The notes: generated from the sequence alone by a model not told the origin. Positions 26,130-40,576 are shown, counted from the stretch's first letter. The stretch: DNA of 64,000 nt from Eledone cirrhosa (GCA_964016885.1 OZ024740.1:202802001-202866000); one strand, 5' to 3'. Made by a program: numbers and translations.

Positions 26130-29100
26130 ATTCACCTCAGGCGCCCGAGGATCCTCCTCAGGCGCGCTAGAGATGCGACTGGGAGACCGACTAAGTCCTC
26201 TAAGGATGTGCCCAGTTGGTGATGGTATCTCTCTATCGCCAATGCAGGCCATCGTAGCCAGACGTGTTCACACTCCTCCTCCTCCTCCTCCTCGCCGCAG
26301 AGTTTGCTGTCTTCACATCTGTCAGTCAGTAGCTGCCACCTACGAAGTGCTGGATGGTTTGTTACTGGTGTTGTTGTTGTTACTGCTGTTGCTGCTGCTG
26401 TTGCTGCTGCTGTTGCTGTTGCTACTGGTGTTGTTGTTGTTACTGCTGTTGCTGCTGCTGTTGCTGCTGCTGTTGCTGCTGCTGTTGCTGTTGCTACTGG
26501 TGTTGTTGTTGTTGCTGCTGTTGCTGCTGCTGTTGCTGCTGCTGTTGCTGCTGCTGTTGCTGCTGCTGTTGCTGTTGCTACTGGTGTTGTTGTTGTTACT
26601 GCTGTTGCTGCTGCTGTTGCTGCTGCTGTTGCTGTTGCTGTTGTTGTTGTTACTGCTGTTGCTGTTGGTGTTGCTGTTGCTACTGGTGTTGCTGTTGTTA
26701 CTGCTGTTGCTGCTGCTGTTGCTGTTGCTACTGGTGTTGTTGTTGTTGTTACTGCTGTTGCTGCTGCTGTTGCTGCTGCTACTGAAGCGGATAAGGTGGG
26801 TGAGATCAGCCTTGTCTATAACGTTTTCGACTCTCTCGTCCGGCGGTTTGCTGAAGGTTTGGATAGTTCTCTCGTGAGTGAAGGGTGCTGGTCTACACTC
26901 CCTTTTGATGAGAGCTTGTCTCGTGGCATGGTCAGCAGGGGTGTTAGGTTGTGGAAGTGAGGAGCCCTGCTTTGCGAGTTTGTCTGCTAGTTCATTCCCT
27001 TGTAGATTACAGTGACCAGGGACCCATACAACAGTTAGGTTTTTGTCTTCTCCAAGGTTGTTAACTGCTACCTGGAGTTCTGTTATAGTGGGATCTTTGG
27101 GAGAAGAGTTATCGATTGCCTGAACTAGAGATATACAGTCGCAGATGATGGTCGCCGAAGTCCATTTTGCGTTATTGGTTTGTAACCAGTGGATGGCTTC
27201 TCTAAGCGCAGTTTTTTTCTGAGTAAAAGGAGCTACTTCTAGCGCCTGTTGCTGTACGCCACTCGTGGACGACCTCACCATCTTTCATGATGACCATACC
27301 AGCTCCGCCATCGGTAGTACCTTCTTTTGTAGACCCATCGGTGTAGATTTGAACATCTGACGGGGCGAGGGTTGATATGGTGTCAAAGGCTGCCGTCAGT
27401 TGTTGGTTTGCGTTTTGGGACTTGGAGGTATTGGTGTAGATTACATGTATGGGGGGGGGGGTTAGCCACGGGGGAGGTTCTGGGTCTTTGGGTAGGGGTG
27501 TCGGGGGGGGATAAGATATAGTCGTGCCAAGTCCTGGGATTGGGTGCCTCTCCAGTCTGTCTTTTTGAGCCTTTTTCGGCAGCTGGTATTGAAAACTTTG
27601 TGCCGTTCGTCCGTCTTTGGTAGGTTTGCTCAGTGATCAGCTTTAAGCAGTGTAAATGTCGAGAATCTGGAGGAGAGCGTAGGTAACTGGGATTCTGCTA
27701 GCACAGTGTCGGTCGGCGTGGTTCTGACTTGGCCGGTGATGGTTCGAGCCACGTCTAGTTGTACTCTTTCGAGCTTGCCGATGTTGGTGGCAGACAACCA
27801 GGGTGTCCACGCCAGGGCCGCATATTCTGTGATGCTTCGTTGTACGGCAGTGTAGATTTGACGAAGACCGACTTCTTCCAGCTCCACGTCATTCCTGCTA
27901 CAGTTTTTAGTAGGTTTGTTCTCGATTGGATAGTTCGACATACCTTCTCGACATGTTCCCCAAAGGTTAACTGCCGATCGTATGTGATGCCCATGAATTT
28001 TGGGAAAGGTGTGCAAGAAAGTTGCTTCCCGGCTATTGCGATACTCGGCTGCCTCTTTGCCTCTGCTCCATCAAGACTGAAAAATGCTGTCTCGCAGTTT
28101 TTAATATTGAACTGCAGTCTAGCTTCCTTGCTCCATTCAGCTACCTTGTCAACCTCTTTTTGTAGTAGGACGACTACTTCATCTTTATTCCTTCCGTTAC
28201 ACGCGATCGCGATCATCTGCGTAGGCGCTGACGTGCGTAGATTCTTCAAATCCATCTAGGAGTCTATTTATGTAGACCCTGAAGAGGATTGGAGACAGGA
28301 CGGCCTCTTGTGGAAGGCCTTCTTTAAACACTCTGCTCCTACCTGTCGTTCAGTTTAGACTGACTCTCGCGGTGCGGTTCACGAACCATGTCGACAACCA
28401 TTCAACAAAACGTAGGGGAACACCAAGCCTCAGCATGCTCTGCAGTAGTCCGGTTCTCAGACACGATCGTATGCCCTGCTAAAGTCGAAAAAGGTGGCTA
28501 GGGTGCGTTTGCGCTGCGACGACTGAAATCCATCCGAGATGAATTGGGAGAGTCGGAGGCATTGATCGGTTGTACTGCGTCCTATCCTGAAACCCGCCTG
28601 CCGGGGACTGAGAATCGAATGCTCCTCGAGCCACCATGACAGACGGGTAGCAATCAGTCTTTCAAGTAGTTTTCTTATTGTTGAGGTCAGTGATATTGGG
28701 AGGTAGCTCGCTACTTCTGCTGGATCTTTGCCTTTTTTGTGGAAAGGTATGATTGTCGCCGTCCGCCATGACTGAGGGCACCAATTTTTCGTCCGTCTAT
28801 GGTTTAAAATTTGCAAAAGTTCAATTTGAATAGATTTGATTAGGTGTTTGAGAAGGTCTGGCGCTATTTCATCTGGACCTGCTGTTTTACGTGCTTTGAT
28901 CTTTTTAATTGCAGCGTTGAGTTCATCCAGGGTGAAACCGGCTTCTATCCTTTGTCTGGGGGCAAGGAGCAGGTCTTTCATTTCTCTTTTCAATAGTCTT
29001 CCTGTCCTTCTTGATTTTTTGTTGCTCTTTCTTCCACTTATAGTGGCATACTCTCGTACAAAAGTTGCAGCCTTCCTCCGGTCGCTGGCGTAGACAGTCC

Positions 29101-29864
29101 CTTCATATGTCAAAGATTTCCCAGTTGACTTTGAAGCTTTGCCACATAATGACTTTGCTGTGGCCCATGCCTGCCTGGTATCTTTCGTGTCTGAGATTTT
29201 TTGTAAGTGATTTCGCTTTTTCCTTCTTCTGTGAGTCTTGCAATTTCTTTGCAGGTCTCCATCCATTCAGCACGGTTTCTTCCCATGTCACGCCGCAGTT
29301 TGTTACGTTTACGGATTAAGCTTTTGAGTTCTGGATTCATCCGACTTTAATTAGCACCACTTTGTCGTCCGTTTTTTTTAGGAGAACGGATAGGGCAACC
29401 AACTTGTCGGAATGGGGAGTTTGTTCAGTTACCTGAGATACTCCTTCATCGAGACACCTTTTGAAGGTGGACCAGTCAGCTTTCTCGTAGTTGCGGCGTA
29501 TCTGTATGTTTGGTCCTTCCACTTTGAGATCGGCTCCCCAGGTAATTAGGATTGGTAGATGGTCTGACGCGAGTTCGTTCATGGTTTCCCATGTGAATTG
29601 ATCTGCGAGATCGGTATCTACAATGGTAAGATCGGGGGTACTCACACCTGCTCCTTGTTGGTATCGCGCCGCCCTTGTTGGCGAACCATCATTGAGCGTT
29701 GATTTTGCGTGATCTTCCAGCCAGTTCATTATAGTCGCACCTCTGGCATCTGGTCTGGCAAATTCGTCCCATGTTAAGTAATGGGCATTCACATCGCCAC
29801 AGATGAGACCATTTTCTGTAGGTAGGTGGTTGGTCCAACTTTGTTCATTGTCGGGGTACGTGTA
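26130..29864 (-). mobile_element. I/Ingi-like non-LTR retrotransposon (APE-RT-RNase H), frameshifted, 5'-truncated
   Basis: APE motifs NAH, LNDGSPT, TPDLT, SDHLPI; RT motifs QAGFR, DFSRAYDRV, AYADD; RNase H motifs YTDGS and WVPGHCNLQGNELADKLAK; ends TGA then (AAC)n. Confidence 0.9.
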
Positions 29865-30352
29865 GTTGCTGCTGTTGCTGCTGCTGGTGTTGTTGTTGTT
29901 GTTGCTGGTATTGCTGCTGGTGTTGTTGTTGTTGTTGTTGTTGTTGCTGCTGTTGCTGCTGCTGCTGTTGTTGTTGTTGTTGTTGTTGCTGCTGCTATTG
30001 CTATTGCTGTTGCTGTTGCTGCTGCTGTTGCTGTTGTTGTTGTTGTTGCTGTTGTTGTTGCTGTTGTTGTTGCTGATGTTGTTGTTGTTGTTGCTGGTAT
30101 TGCTGCTGGTGTTGTTGTTGTTGTTGTTGTTGTTGTTGCTGCTGTTGCTGCTGCTGCTGTTGTTGTTGCTGCTGCTATTGCTATTGCTGTTGCTGTTGCT
30201 GCTGCTGTTGCTGTTGTTGTTGCTGTTGTTGTTGTTGTTGCTGTTGTTGTTGTTGTTGTTGTTGTTGTTGCTGGTATTGCTGTTGCTGCTGCTGCTGTTG
30301 TTGCTGTTGTTATTGTTGTTGCTGTTGCTGCTGGTGTTGTTGTTGTTGTTGT

Positions 30353-30393
<41 letters not shown>

Positions 30394-30439
30394 TTGCTGT
30401 TGCTACTGGTGTTGTTGTTACTGCTGCTGCTGTTGCTAC

Positions 30440-30470
<31 letters not shown>

Positions 30471-30812
30471 ACTGCTGCTGTTGTTGTTGCTGTTGCTGCT
30501 ATTGTTGTTGCTGTTGCTGTTGTTGTTGCTGCTGTTGCTGCTGTTGTTGTTGTTGCTGCTGTTGGTGTTGCTGCTGTTGTTGTTGTTACTGCTATTGCTG
30601 TTGCTGTTGCTGCTGCTGTTGTTGTTGTTGTTACTGCTATTGCTGCTGCTATTGTTGTTGTTGTTATTGCTATTGCTGCTGCTGCTGCTGCTGCTGCTGT
30701 TGCTGTTGCGGTTACTGCTGTTGTTGTTGCTGCTGGTGTTGTTGTTGCTGGTGTTGTTGCTGCTGGTGTTGTTGCTGCTGATGTTGTGGTTATTGTTGTT
30801 GCTGTTGCTGTT
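29865..30812. repeat. (GTT/GCT)n compound trinucleotide tract
   Basis: Directly visible. Confidence 0.95.
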
Positions 30813-31003
30813 GTATTTATTGTTGACATTCCTGTTATAGTACCTTTGATGTAGCTTTCCGATGAAATGGAAAGTCGCATAAAGTTTTCAATAAAATCAA
30901 ATGACACATGAACTCCGTTATTCACGTGTCATTTGAGAATATCTTACGACTGGCATAGAACGTATTTGACAACAGACTATCGTATGACACAAACACACAG
31001 ACG

Positions 31004-31052
<49 letters not shown>

Positions 31053-31205
31053 CTACCATGTATGTTTAGATTATGTTGGAAGATTTTAATTTAGGTCGAA
31101 ACCTTTTAAAATAGGTGGTATTGTTTCATAGAAGCACAGCCTATTTTGGCTGCGTTGGTATCATGAAACCAGGATAAGCTCCAGAAAATATGGGTAACGG
31201 ACATA

Positions 31206-31370
31206 AATAACTGTTTCTACTTTAGGCACAAGGCCAGCAATTACCCAGTGCATTACTGGTACTTTATTGTATCGACCCCGTAAGGATGAAAGGCAAAGTC
31301 AACCTCGGCTGGATTTGAACTCAGATCGTAAAGGGACGTAACTATGCTGGAAAGCATAACGTCCGACCCT
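31206..31370 (-). mobile_element. tRNA-derived SINE
   Basis: Same family as 14547. Confidence 0.8.
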
Positions 31371-31619
31371 AAATAACTCACATAGGTAAGGGATGTAATT
31401 TAAAGCAGGGACGTCGAATTAAAAAAAAAATTATGTTGGGGATTTTCATTAACTCTTGCAGGGAAGAAGTTTAAAGGATGGAATTTATTTGTTTTAAATA
31501 TATACAAAAATAACCTTACAAACTGTTCCCAATTCTTTTAGAATGAAAATATAAACACAAATATAAACATGTGTAATAAATACAACTAGCAAATGGTAAT
31601 TTGTAATAAAGTTCATATA

Positions 31620-31698
31620 CAAGGTGTCCACAAAGTCACTAGACAATATAATATATATATTTGTACAAAATTGTCTAGTGACTTTTGGGACACTCTGT
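31620..31698. mobile_element. Mariner-type mini-MITE
   Basis: CAAGGTGTCCACAAAGTCACTAGACAAT / ATTGTCTAGTGACTTTTGGGACACTCTG, TA-flanked. Confidence 0.75.
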
Positions 31699-31842
31699 AT
31701 ATTAATATAAACTGTTTAAAAACTACATAACCCTTTGATACACTAATTTATAATTTCAAAACATGACTATAAAATAATTATAAAAATACTACAAATATTT
31801 AACAACAGAAAATGAAGGAAGAGGCAAGAGCTCGAGAGCCAT

Positions 31843-32197
31843 TGGCGGAGCTAACCGGACGTCAGATGGAATGCAGCATGCAATTCGTACAGGCTATATG
31901 CGCTCTGAGTTCAAATCTCGCAGATGTCAACTGTCCCTTTCATCCTTTTGCAGTCGATAAATAAAGAACCAGTCTAATAATAGTTTCTGATTTAGGCACA
32001 AGGCTAGCAATTTTGGTGGGGTTTTTTTTTGGGGGGGGTCGACTAAATCGACCCCAGTGCATTACTGGTACTTTATTTTATCGACCTCGTAAGGATAAAA
32101 GGCAAATTTAATCTCGGCGGTATTTGAACACAAACCGTAAAGGGCCGTAACTCTATGCTGCAGAACATAGTTGCCAACGCTCTACCGATCTCTCCAT
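31843..32197. mobile_element. Two tail-to-tail tRNA-derived SINEs
   Basis: Plus copy ~31843-31975 and minus copy ~31978-32197. Confidence 0.7.
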
Positions 32198-32605
32198 CAC
32201 TCTTTCTCCTTCTCTAGAAATCAGCTGTGTTCGGACATTGCGAGCGCAGGGTTTCAGTAGGTTTAAAATGCCCCCCAAAACAACGTATGTAACTTCGACG
32301 CCCCTACGACTCTAGCAGAAGTCACGGGTTCAAAGATACAATTTAAAGTAGACGGCATATATACACAAGACCATACATAGATTGTGATATAAATAAGAGA
32401 AATAGTCTTGATAGAAGCCTAACAGTGAGATATGTACAAGATACAGAGATGTAAATATACATAAGATTAAATCAGAGATCGTATAGTTTTTCTCTCAGTT
32501 CAGGTCATAGGATGTGAGATAAACTATGAGATGTGATAAAACCAAGCGTTACAGATTAGGGTTGTGAAGGATTGATGTATATATATATGAATGTATAATA
32601 TTTAC

Positions 32606-32657
<52 letters not shown>

Positions 32658-32663
<6 letters not shown>

Positions 32664-33193
32664 TAATAAAATAATGAATAAACAAAGAAACAGTTCCTTA
32701 TATTAAAAAAATTCATCATTTTACGATCGTTTGTAGGATATATATGTGTTAGAGTTGGTATGCATATTCTATAGATCTATGTACAATATTTACAATATTT
32801 ATACAAACTATCAGAGGGAATATACATACCTACACATATATATGCTGTCTTCAGAAATAATCTGAAGACAGCATATATATGTGTAGGTATGTATATTCCC
32901 TCTGATAGTTTGTATAAATATTGTAAATATTGTACATAGATCTATAGAATATGCATACCAACTCTAACACATATATATCCTACAAACGATCGTAAAATGA
33001 TGAATTTTTTTAATATAAGGAACTGTTTCTTTGTTTATTCATTATTTTATTAATTTATCTTGACTCTGTTTTCCGTTTATTTTTCACCGAAAGTAGTTTT
33101 TGAATGCATCTTCTCTTTTCATGATATCCGGATTACATTGAGTTCTTCATACGGATTGGACACTACCGTAAACTTTTGGTAGATTTATCTACT

Positions 33194-33197
<4 letters not shown>
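32658..33197 (+). mobile_element. Fold-back insert: 198-bp arms, 5-nt loop, tail on the right
   Basis: Arms 32658-32855 / 32861-33058, loop AATAA, (TA)n flanks. Confidence 0.8.
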
Positions 33198-33268
<71 letters not shown>

Positions 33269-33459
33269 CATTCATATATATACATCAATGCTTCACAACC
33301 TTAGTCAGTAACGCTTTGTTTTATCACATCTCATACTTATATGTAAGCACACATATGTGTATGTGTGTATACATATGTGTATGTGTGTATACACATACAT
33401 ATGTGTGCGTATATACATATATCCCTCATATACATACATATATATATATAAATAAATGT

Positions 33460-33554
<95 letters not shown>

Positions 33555-33674
33555 AACCAGAAATTTATAAGTTTGTAGATTTGTAAATTTATAAATTTAT
33601 AAATATATAATAAATTGAAGTGAAAGCTACTGGTGCGTGTGTTTCTTATTGGCAACATGACCCTCCCAAAGTAT

Positions 33675-33711
<37 letters not shown>

Positions 33712-34178
33712 ACACTCCACACCACATACAGACCCCTTCAATACCTGTCATCCTTCTCTACTGCTGTCTCTTCACCCTGCCCTGACCCTCTGACCACTTC
33801 CTGTTGTGCGCGCACCTCACATCTCTCCACTTCCGCACTACCACACCAGAATTTCACACCACCGGTCATCATTCCAGTTATCCATTCTACGACACATGAA
33901 ATCTCCAACATCTTGTCTCACACTACATGGAAATATCTTAGGAACATACACACGAACAAACACTTACAATATTTTCGAACCACGCCACCTACATCCACAC
34001 CACATATAAACACAATCACACACGTGCGTATCCCCATATACACACACTCAGCCTCGGGATTCCACACGCCCCCCTCTCCATCCACACGCACGCATACACC
34101 GACTTACACCCCACCCAACGTACACACCGGTTTCCCTTTTACCTGAACATGGAACCTCATTCTGCCCCAACTCTCACA

Positions 34179-34259
<81 letters not shown>

Positions 34260-34326
34260 ACACCTACACCCATACACAAACACCACATTCAGCCCACACC
34301 CTTGGAACTCTCCTCCTACCCACTGT

Positions 34327-34360
34327 TCTCCTGATGAAGAGCTTATGCCCGAAACGTCGT
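34327..34360 (+). ncRNA. Minimal HHR-like motif of PLE type
   Basis: CTGATGA-A-GAGC(TTAT)GCCC-GAAA-CGTCG; stem I not evident; lies downstream of a possible decayed GIY-YIG end. Confidence 0.5.
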
Positions 34361-34445
34361 CCCCTACTCCCCACTCTCAAGCGTGAAACTAAAAACCATA
34401 TCATTAGTACTGCCTCTCTGTTTTTTGTTCTCTGTTTATTTATTA

Positions 34446-34611
<166 letters not shown>

Positions 34612-34723
34612 TAAATATACACGGGTGTGTATGATTGTGTATAGAAGATTATATTAATAAGAGGAATTCCAACTTTGTCTGATTTACTCGTTTTATTTAC
34701 AATCCTTTAAAATTTATAATGGT

Positions 34724-34802
34724 ATTATAACGAAATAGTATGATAGAATATTAAATTCTAAGACTTAGAATTTAATATTCTATCATACTATTTCATTATA
34801 AT
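34724..34802. repeat. Near-perfect palindrome, 1-nt loop
   Basis: Centre at 34763; one mismatch. Confidence 0.9.
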
Positions 34803-35407
34803 ATGTAAAATACTGTTTTGCTTTTTGTTGTTGTCGGTAAGTGTGTATGTATTTGAGTAAAAAGACTCACGATTAGTTGGTTTATTACTGACGTAAGAGA
34901 AACAGTGAGCAGTGTATATTTCTGTGCGATTCTTATTTTATTGATTTCTATTTGACGAACCGTGACGTGAGGGGCACAACATAAACAACACCGGTTTTTT
35001 AACAGTACACATAAAGACACTCACACACACAGATTCACGTGTGTGCATAATACACGCGCCCACACACACGTGTGTGTGCCTGTGTGTGTGTGTATGCACG
35101 TGTTATGCATATGTGTTTATATGAGCTTATACGTAGGGACAAGAATAGCTGAGTGATTAAGAAGTTTGCTTCTCAATCATGAGCTTTTTAACCCACTGTG
35201 TGACATTTGGGGTTAGAGTTAGGGTTAGAGTTAGTCTTTACCACAGCTTTCGGTGGATCTGAAGAATGATAAAGAATTCTTTACATAGTAACCTCCCTTC
35301 TTGTTCACATGCATTGCAACAAAAGATGGAAGCCCCAGAATGTTTCCAGTATTTCTTGTTAAATGTTAGTACACACACACACATACACACACACACACAT
35401 ACGCACA

Positions 35408-35457
<50 letters not shown>

Positions 35458-35799
35458 AAATTTAGTACAGCATCATCGAAGCTCTGGTTGCAGCCAAGCT
35501 AACGAATGCAGTCGGGGTGTGCAGCTAAGCACTCAATAGGGTATATTACCCTAGAGTTATAACATTATGTTTAGACAGCTTTGCAAATTGAAGACAGCGA
35601 CCGATAGGCGGGCCGCAGTGACCAAAGCGACGAAAAAAACTGAACTCAGGATATAATATATATATACAGTTACTGTGGTGTGGTAAATAAATATATACAT
35701 ATACACCAGGTCCGAACACAATGGAACCAAAGTCCCACTGTCACTGTCTCCATTTCTCCTGCTCTTCTCATCTCTCACTATTATGAGCAAATGGGGGCC

Positions 35800-36118
35800 C
35801 ACGCGCAGGCCGCCTCGCGTCCCGGCGGACAGAATAAAGAAAGCGTTTTCCTGGAGGATGGTGAGGGAGACGCACTGGAAGAGCCATTCTAGCTGGAGGT
35901 GCTCACACTTGCGGGTAGCCAATTCTGTGCCATTGGTGGTTAGTAGGGAGGGAGTCGTAGAGCCAAGAACACTAGAAGTCTCCACTGCCACGGGCTCGAC
36001 ATCAAACTTGCTGGAGAGCGACCGATATTTGGAGAGTTTACCCTCATAGGTCCGAAGTGCAGCAGAGCCTGGATTAATTTCAGACTGCACCAGGTTACCG
36101 CTGGAGAATGTATCGTGA
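35800..36118 (-). mobile_element. CRE-like RLE non-LTR retrotransposon C-terminal fragment
   Basis: GSAA..YEGKLSKYRSL...EPVAVETS.VLG...WLFQCVSLTILQENA..IL. Confidence 0.7.
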
Positions 36119-36659
36119 ATGAAATTGAGTAAACAGAAAGTGTGTGGAGATCGATGGGTACCTAGAATGTCACATATTGTGTCACACTGACTCTATTTGA
36201 GAATTACGTTAAAAGTAAACGTGTCTGTTAATTCACCAGATAGACTCTCATTGACTGAGTGCTCTCCATCAAGAGTCTTGACATACCTGATCAAGACCGA
36301 TGGAGGTTCCATCATGTGCTTCCAGCGGGCCAATCATTTGTTATCTGCATTTTGAAAACTTGTATCATCAGAATGGTTATTTTAATAGTCTCAGGAAATT
36401 TATGCAAAATCTTGTCTTAAATACAGGTCTTGATATTGGGTGTTGAGAGGTCGTATGTAAATAAAAATGTGCAATAGCATAACACTACACTACATGTCAC
36501 AAAGCAAAGCTGGAAAGTAAATCACTAACCAACAATACATACGTATCATACAGAATTCCTAACAAAAAATAGACATTAAATTATGAAAGCGATACTCATA
36601 TCACACACACACACGCCTGCACGCACACACACTCACACACGCGCGCGCGCGCATATAAG

Positions 36660-36724
<65 letters not shown>

Positions 36725-37780
36725 GGGTAGAATACTGGAAGGTAATATCCGTAGTGGTAGAGCACTCAGTCCATGGGACGAGTTTGGTAGAAGTAGTAAC
36801 ACAGCAGTTAGTTCACCATACCGAGAACAATTGTTTCACCTTATGCGGATCTTCAGCTCGGACTGGTAATGGTTGTACGGAACATGAAGAACAAACGTAT
36901 GAACACGCATGCGCAGAAACGGTCACTTCACTCAAGCAATACAAAACCACGGGCGAAAGGTGTAAGGGAGATAACTACGAATGACCGGAATAAAATGTTC
37001 GAGTTGATTAGAAAATTAGAATGTTGTTGTTATTCAATCCGGAGCTTTGTAGTTATGCAAGAGGTGTTTCCAGACATGTGGACAACGTGAGAAGATTTCA
37101 TATCTTGATTTAGGCAATCGCTATTGTGTAATCTCCTTAGAATATTTATCCTTTCTTCAATACACAGTCCACAAGACGGATTGCCCCTTGCGTATGGCCT
37201 GGACTTAGTGATAGCTTTCCATTGAATGGAGTAGTCTATACCTGAGTCTTTGAGGGACTATACATGGCTCGCGAGCTTCGTGAATGATCGTTTGTCCGGG
37301 TACCTAAAGGTCGACTGATGGTTCAGGAAGCGTTCCTTAAATCGGCCCTCCTCCATGCCCACATAGGATTTGACCTCCTGTGGTTGATTTAGTCGGTTGG
37401 AAGTGACCACAGCTTCATAAACTACAGCGGGTGTGTTGCATTACTGTTGAAGGAGACAAGCTTCAGGCTTTCGGCAAGAGCATCCTGGTGGGTTGCCGTT
37501 ATTAGGACTGTTGGTGATGTGGGCCTTCTTAGGCAGGAGTACCCTAGTTTTACTTTGTGTCTGTTAAAGATGGAGCGGTATTTGTGACCTATGGGAAATT
37601 TTATATTTAAGAGGGCTAAAAGATTTTTTTTCCTACATTAGTTTTAATGTTGAGTGAGAAGGGAGGAAAGAACCAGATAGTTTGTCTATTGTTACGATTT
37701 CTTTTCTTATAGCTGTTGTTGTTAGTGGGGAAGTAAGTAATTGGTTGCGAGAAACCGCTGTTAGCTACGCCGTTGGGTGC
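36725..37780 (-). mobile_element. Decayed Penelope-like element (GIY-YIG + terminal repeat with HHR)
   Basis: IWFFPPFSLNIKTNVGK, VVYEAVVT...SYVGMEEGRFKERFLNHQSTF and CGLCIEE; downstream HHR; ends at (GA)n/(TA)n. Confidence 0.85.
36821..36861 (-). ncRNA. Type I HHR
   Basis: CCGAG-CTGAAGA-TCC(GCATAA)GGT-GAAA-CAATTGTT-CTCGG. Confidence 0.8.
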
Positions 37781-38405
37781 TGCTCTGTCAAAAGATAGCC
37801 TTATTACATAACAATATGACCTCTGTCGTAATTCCATTTACTTCAAAAACGGCTTCGACGGTGTTTAACAGGGGAATTTGTAGCAGGTGATGAAGGATTA
37901 CATATTTGACAGCAACCTCATCCATTTAATCCGAACACTATGGAATTTCAAACAGTATAGTTCTACTGAATAATAACTTCGGCGAATTCTTCTGGAGAAC
38001 AGTGGGAGCTCAACAAAGATAGATACTCTCTTCAGTACCTTTCAACATATTCCTGGGGAATATGTTGACTACAAGACATCCAAACATCTCTATTTCTTTT
38101 GGAGATCAAACGGAATGGAGATCAACTCAGAAAAGATCAAGATTCTGGTTAATTGTCATAAGCAGAATACAGCAAAATGACATTAAAGAAATGGACACCT
38201 CCAAATATTAAGGATGATGGTGGTGGTAGTAGTGGCAGTAGTACTGATGGTGATAGTAATGGCGGTTGTGATGATGGTGGAGGTGATGATAGTTGTAATG
38301 GTGGTGGTGGTGGTGGTAGGGGTCGTGGTGGTGACGAAGGTGAGATAATGATAGTGATGGTAAAGGTAATAGTTGTGGTAGTAGCAATGGTAGAAGTGGT
38401 GGTGA

Positions 38406-38474
<69 letters not shown>

Positions 38475-38662
38475 CAGCAGCAGTAGTAGTAGTAGCAGTT
38501 ATTGATCCCCACTAAAACAGTCCAAGTAAATCAATGATGATGTACGTAAACAATAATCGACCAGATGTTTGTAAATATAAACACCTACGTATATATATAT
38601 ATATATATATAAGTTAAAACAATGAAATAAAATAAAAAATCAAGTCATTAGAGATATACTTC

Positions 38663-38730
<68 letters not shown>

Positions 38731-38864
38731 CGAGAGCGAGCGAGAGAGAGAGACATACACACACACACGCACACATATATATATACATAAACACACACAC
38801 ACACATATATATATATAGAGATGTGTGTGTATGTATATATATATATTTATATATATATATATGC

Positions 38865-39370
38865 AGGGCGGAAGAACTCATAAGAGTCAACGGCCATCCA
38901 GATATGTGTAAATATGCATACACATACACATGGATGCATGTGTATGCATGTATATATATATGTGTGTGTGTGTGTGTATGTGTTTGTGTGTGTGTGTATA
39001 CATGTATTCATGTGTATGAATATGCGCGGGGACATAGAAATAATTGGGCTGGACACCCGATCGCGCGGTTTAACCACTGGGAGTGAAGGACCCTAGCCTT
39101 TGTCAGGGTATTCTTCTAGGAGAAGGCAACTCAGGAAACTGGGATAACTCTGACATAAAACCTGCGACTCAGTAGTTACCAGCGATGTTGATCTTTTCTT
39201 CTTTTCGGGTTATAGCTACTGTCGCTCAGAGAGTGGGATTGGCTCAGTGCAGTCTTTCCTCACTTTAAGAAAAATCTTCACTCACACGCATTGCACGATA
39301 GTATTAATAAATTATTAATAATGTTATAACGTGCAATGGCCATACTCGATATCGAGGGGGCAGCCATCAT
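38865..39370 (+). mobile_element. Non-autonomous RTE-derived element, 5'-truncated
   Basis: Aligns with 21119-21561 and shares the LINE tail. Confidence 0.7.
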
Positions 39371-39381
39371 ATTTATATATA

Positions 39382-39445
<64 letters not shown>

Positions 39446-39586
39446 TTTAGTCCAGAATTAGCCGACGAAACGGCTTGAGCTCAGCCGTCGGGGTCCTACT
39501 CGTTCCTATTACCCACTCTACTACCCTAAGTATTGAGTACTTTGGTGCGTTATGGTCCATCTGGTTCCTTATCACATTTCCTTCGT

Positions 39587-39624
<38 letters not shown>

Positions 39625-39655
39625 ACATATATTTACACTTATACATACATGTATA

Positions 39656-39696
<41 letters not shown>

Positions 39697-40126
39697 AGGA
39701 AGCTCCAACCGGTAAGGTTGTCTTTTTTTCAGGGTATGTCAATATTTATTTATAAAACTAATCTGTATTGTATATATGCATATATATATATATATATATA
39801 ATATATGTATGTATAAGTATAAATATATGTATATGTATGTGCAAATACCCACACACATACATATATATATATGCATATATATATATGTATATATATATAT
39901 GTATACATACAGGTGTATTTTTCTCAACCTGATTAGTTCTATCGTTGCTTTGGTATATATTGTGTGTTAGTTTAGCCTACCACAATGTCCGATTTGTCAA
40001 GCTATTTAAACGTATGTTATAACTCTGAGACCTATCTTATCGAGTGCTTTGCTAACTCATCATCACTTCATATAAGTAGGCCGAATTTACTTGCAAACCG
40101 CCAGAGATTCGATTTTACTGATTTCC

Positions 40127-40173
<47 letters not shown>

Positions 40174-40238
40174 TGTGTGTGTGTATGTGTGTATATATAT
40201 ATATGTGAGAAAAACCACAGACCCTCCATCTCAACTCA

Positions 40239-40276
40239 CCTTTTGAAAAGCAGAAGAACTGCGAAACCGGTAAAGG
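40239..40276 (+). ncRNA. Type I HHR with mutated core (probably inactive)
   Basis: CCTT-TTGAAAA-GCAG(AAGAA)CTGC-GAAA-CCGGTA-AAGG; all three stems intact. Confidence 0.65.
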
Positions 40277-40345
40277 AACCAAATAAATATATATATTTTT
40301 AAAAAAAATAAGACTTCAGTTGCATTTTCGATTTCATCCCTTTTT

Positions 40346-40407
<62 letters not shown>

Positions 40408-40506
40408 CCACACACATATATATATATATATACATATATATATACACACATACACACATATATTAATTCAAAATATTAATAAATGTAGACATTCACGTAA
40501 TCAAAA

Positions 40507-40576
40507 TATATTTTATTATATATATTTCGGAGGTACTGTGCTGTTTTTTCAGTACGTCCTCATCAGATAAAATATA
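40507..40576 (-). ncRNA. Type I HHR
   Basis: TATATTTTAT-CTGATGA-GGACGTACTG...CAGTACCTCC-GAAA-TATATATA-ATAAAATATA. Confidence 0.85.

Noticed and set aside
25390-30925. Poly-L/V/A/T mucin- or antifreeze-like ORFs
   Set aside because: Trinucleotide tracts open in several frames on both strands, flanking a retrotransposon.
35207-35234. Telomeric repeat
   Set aside because: Only one exact TTAGGG among TTAGAG variants, inside a SINE.
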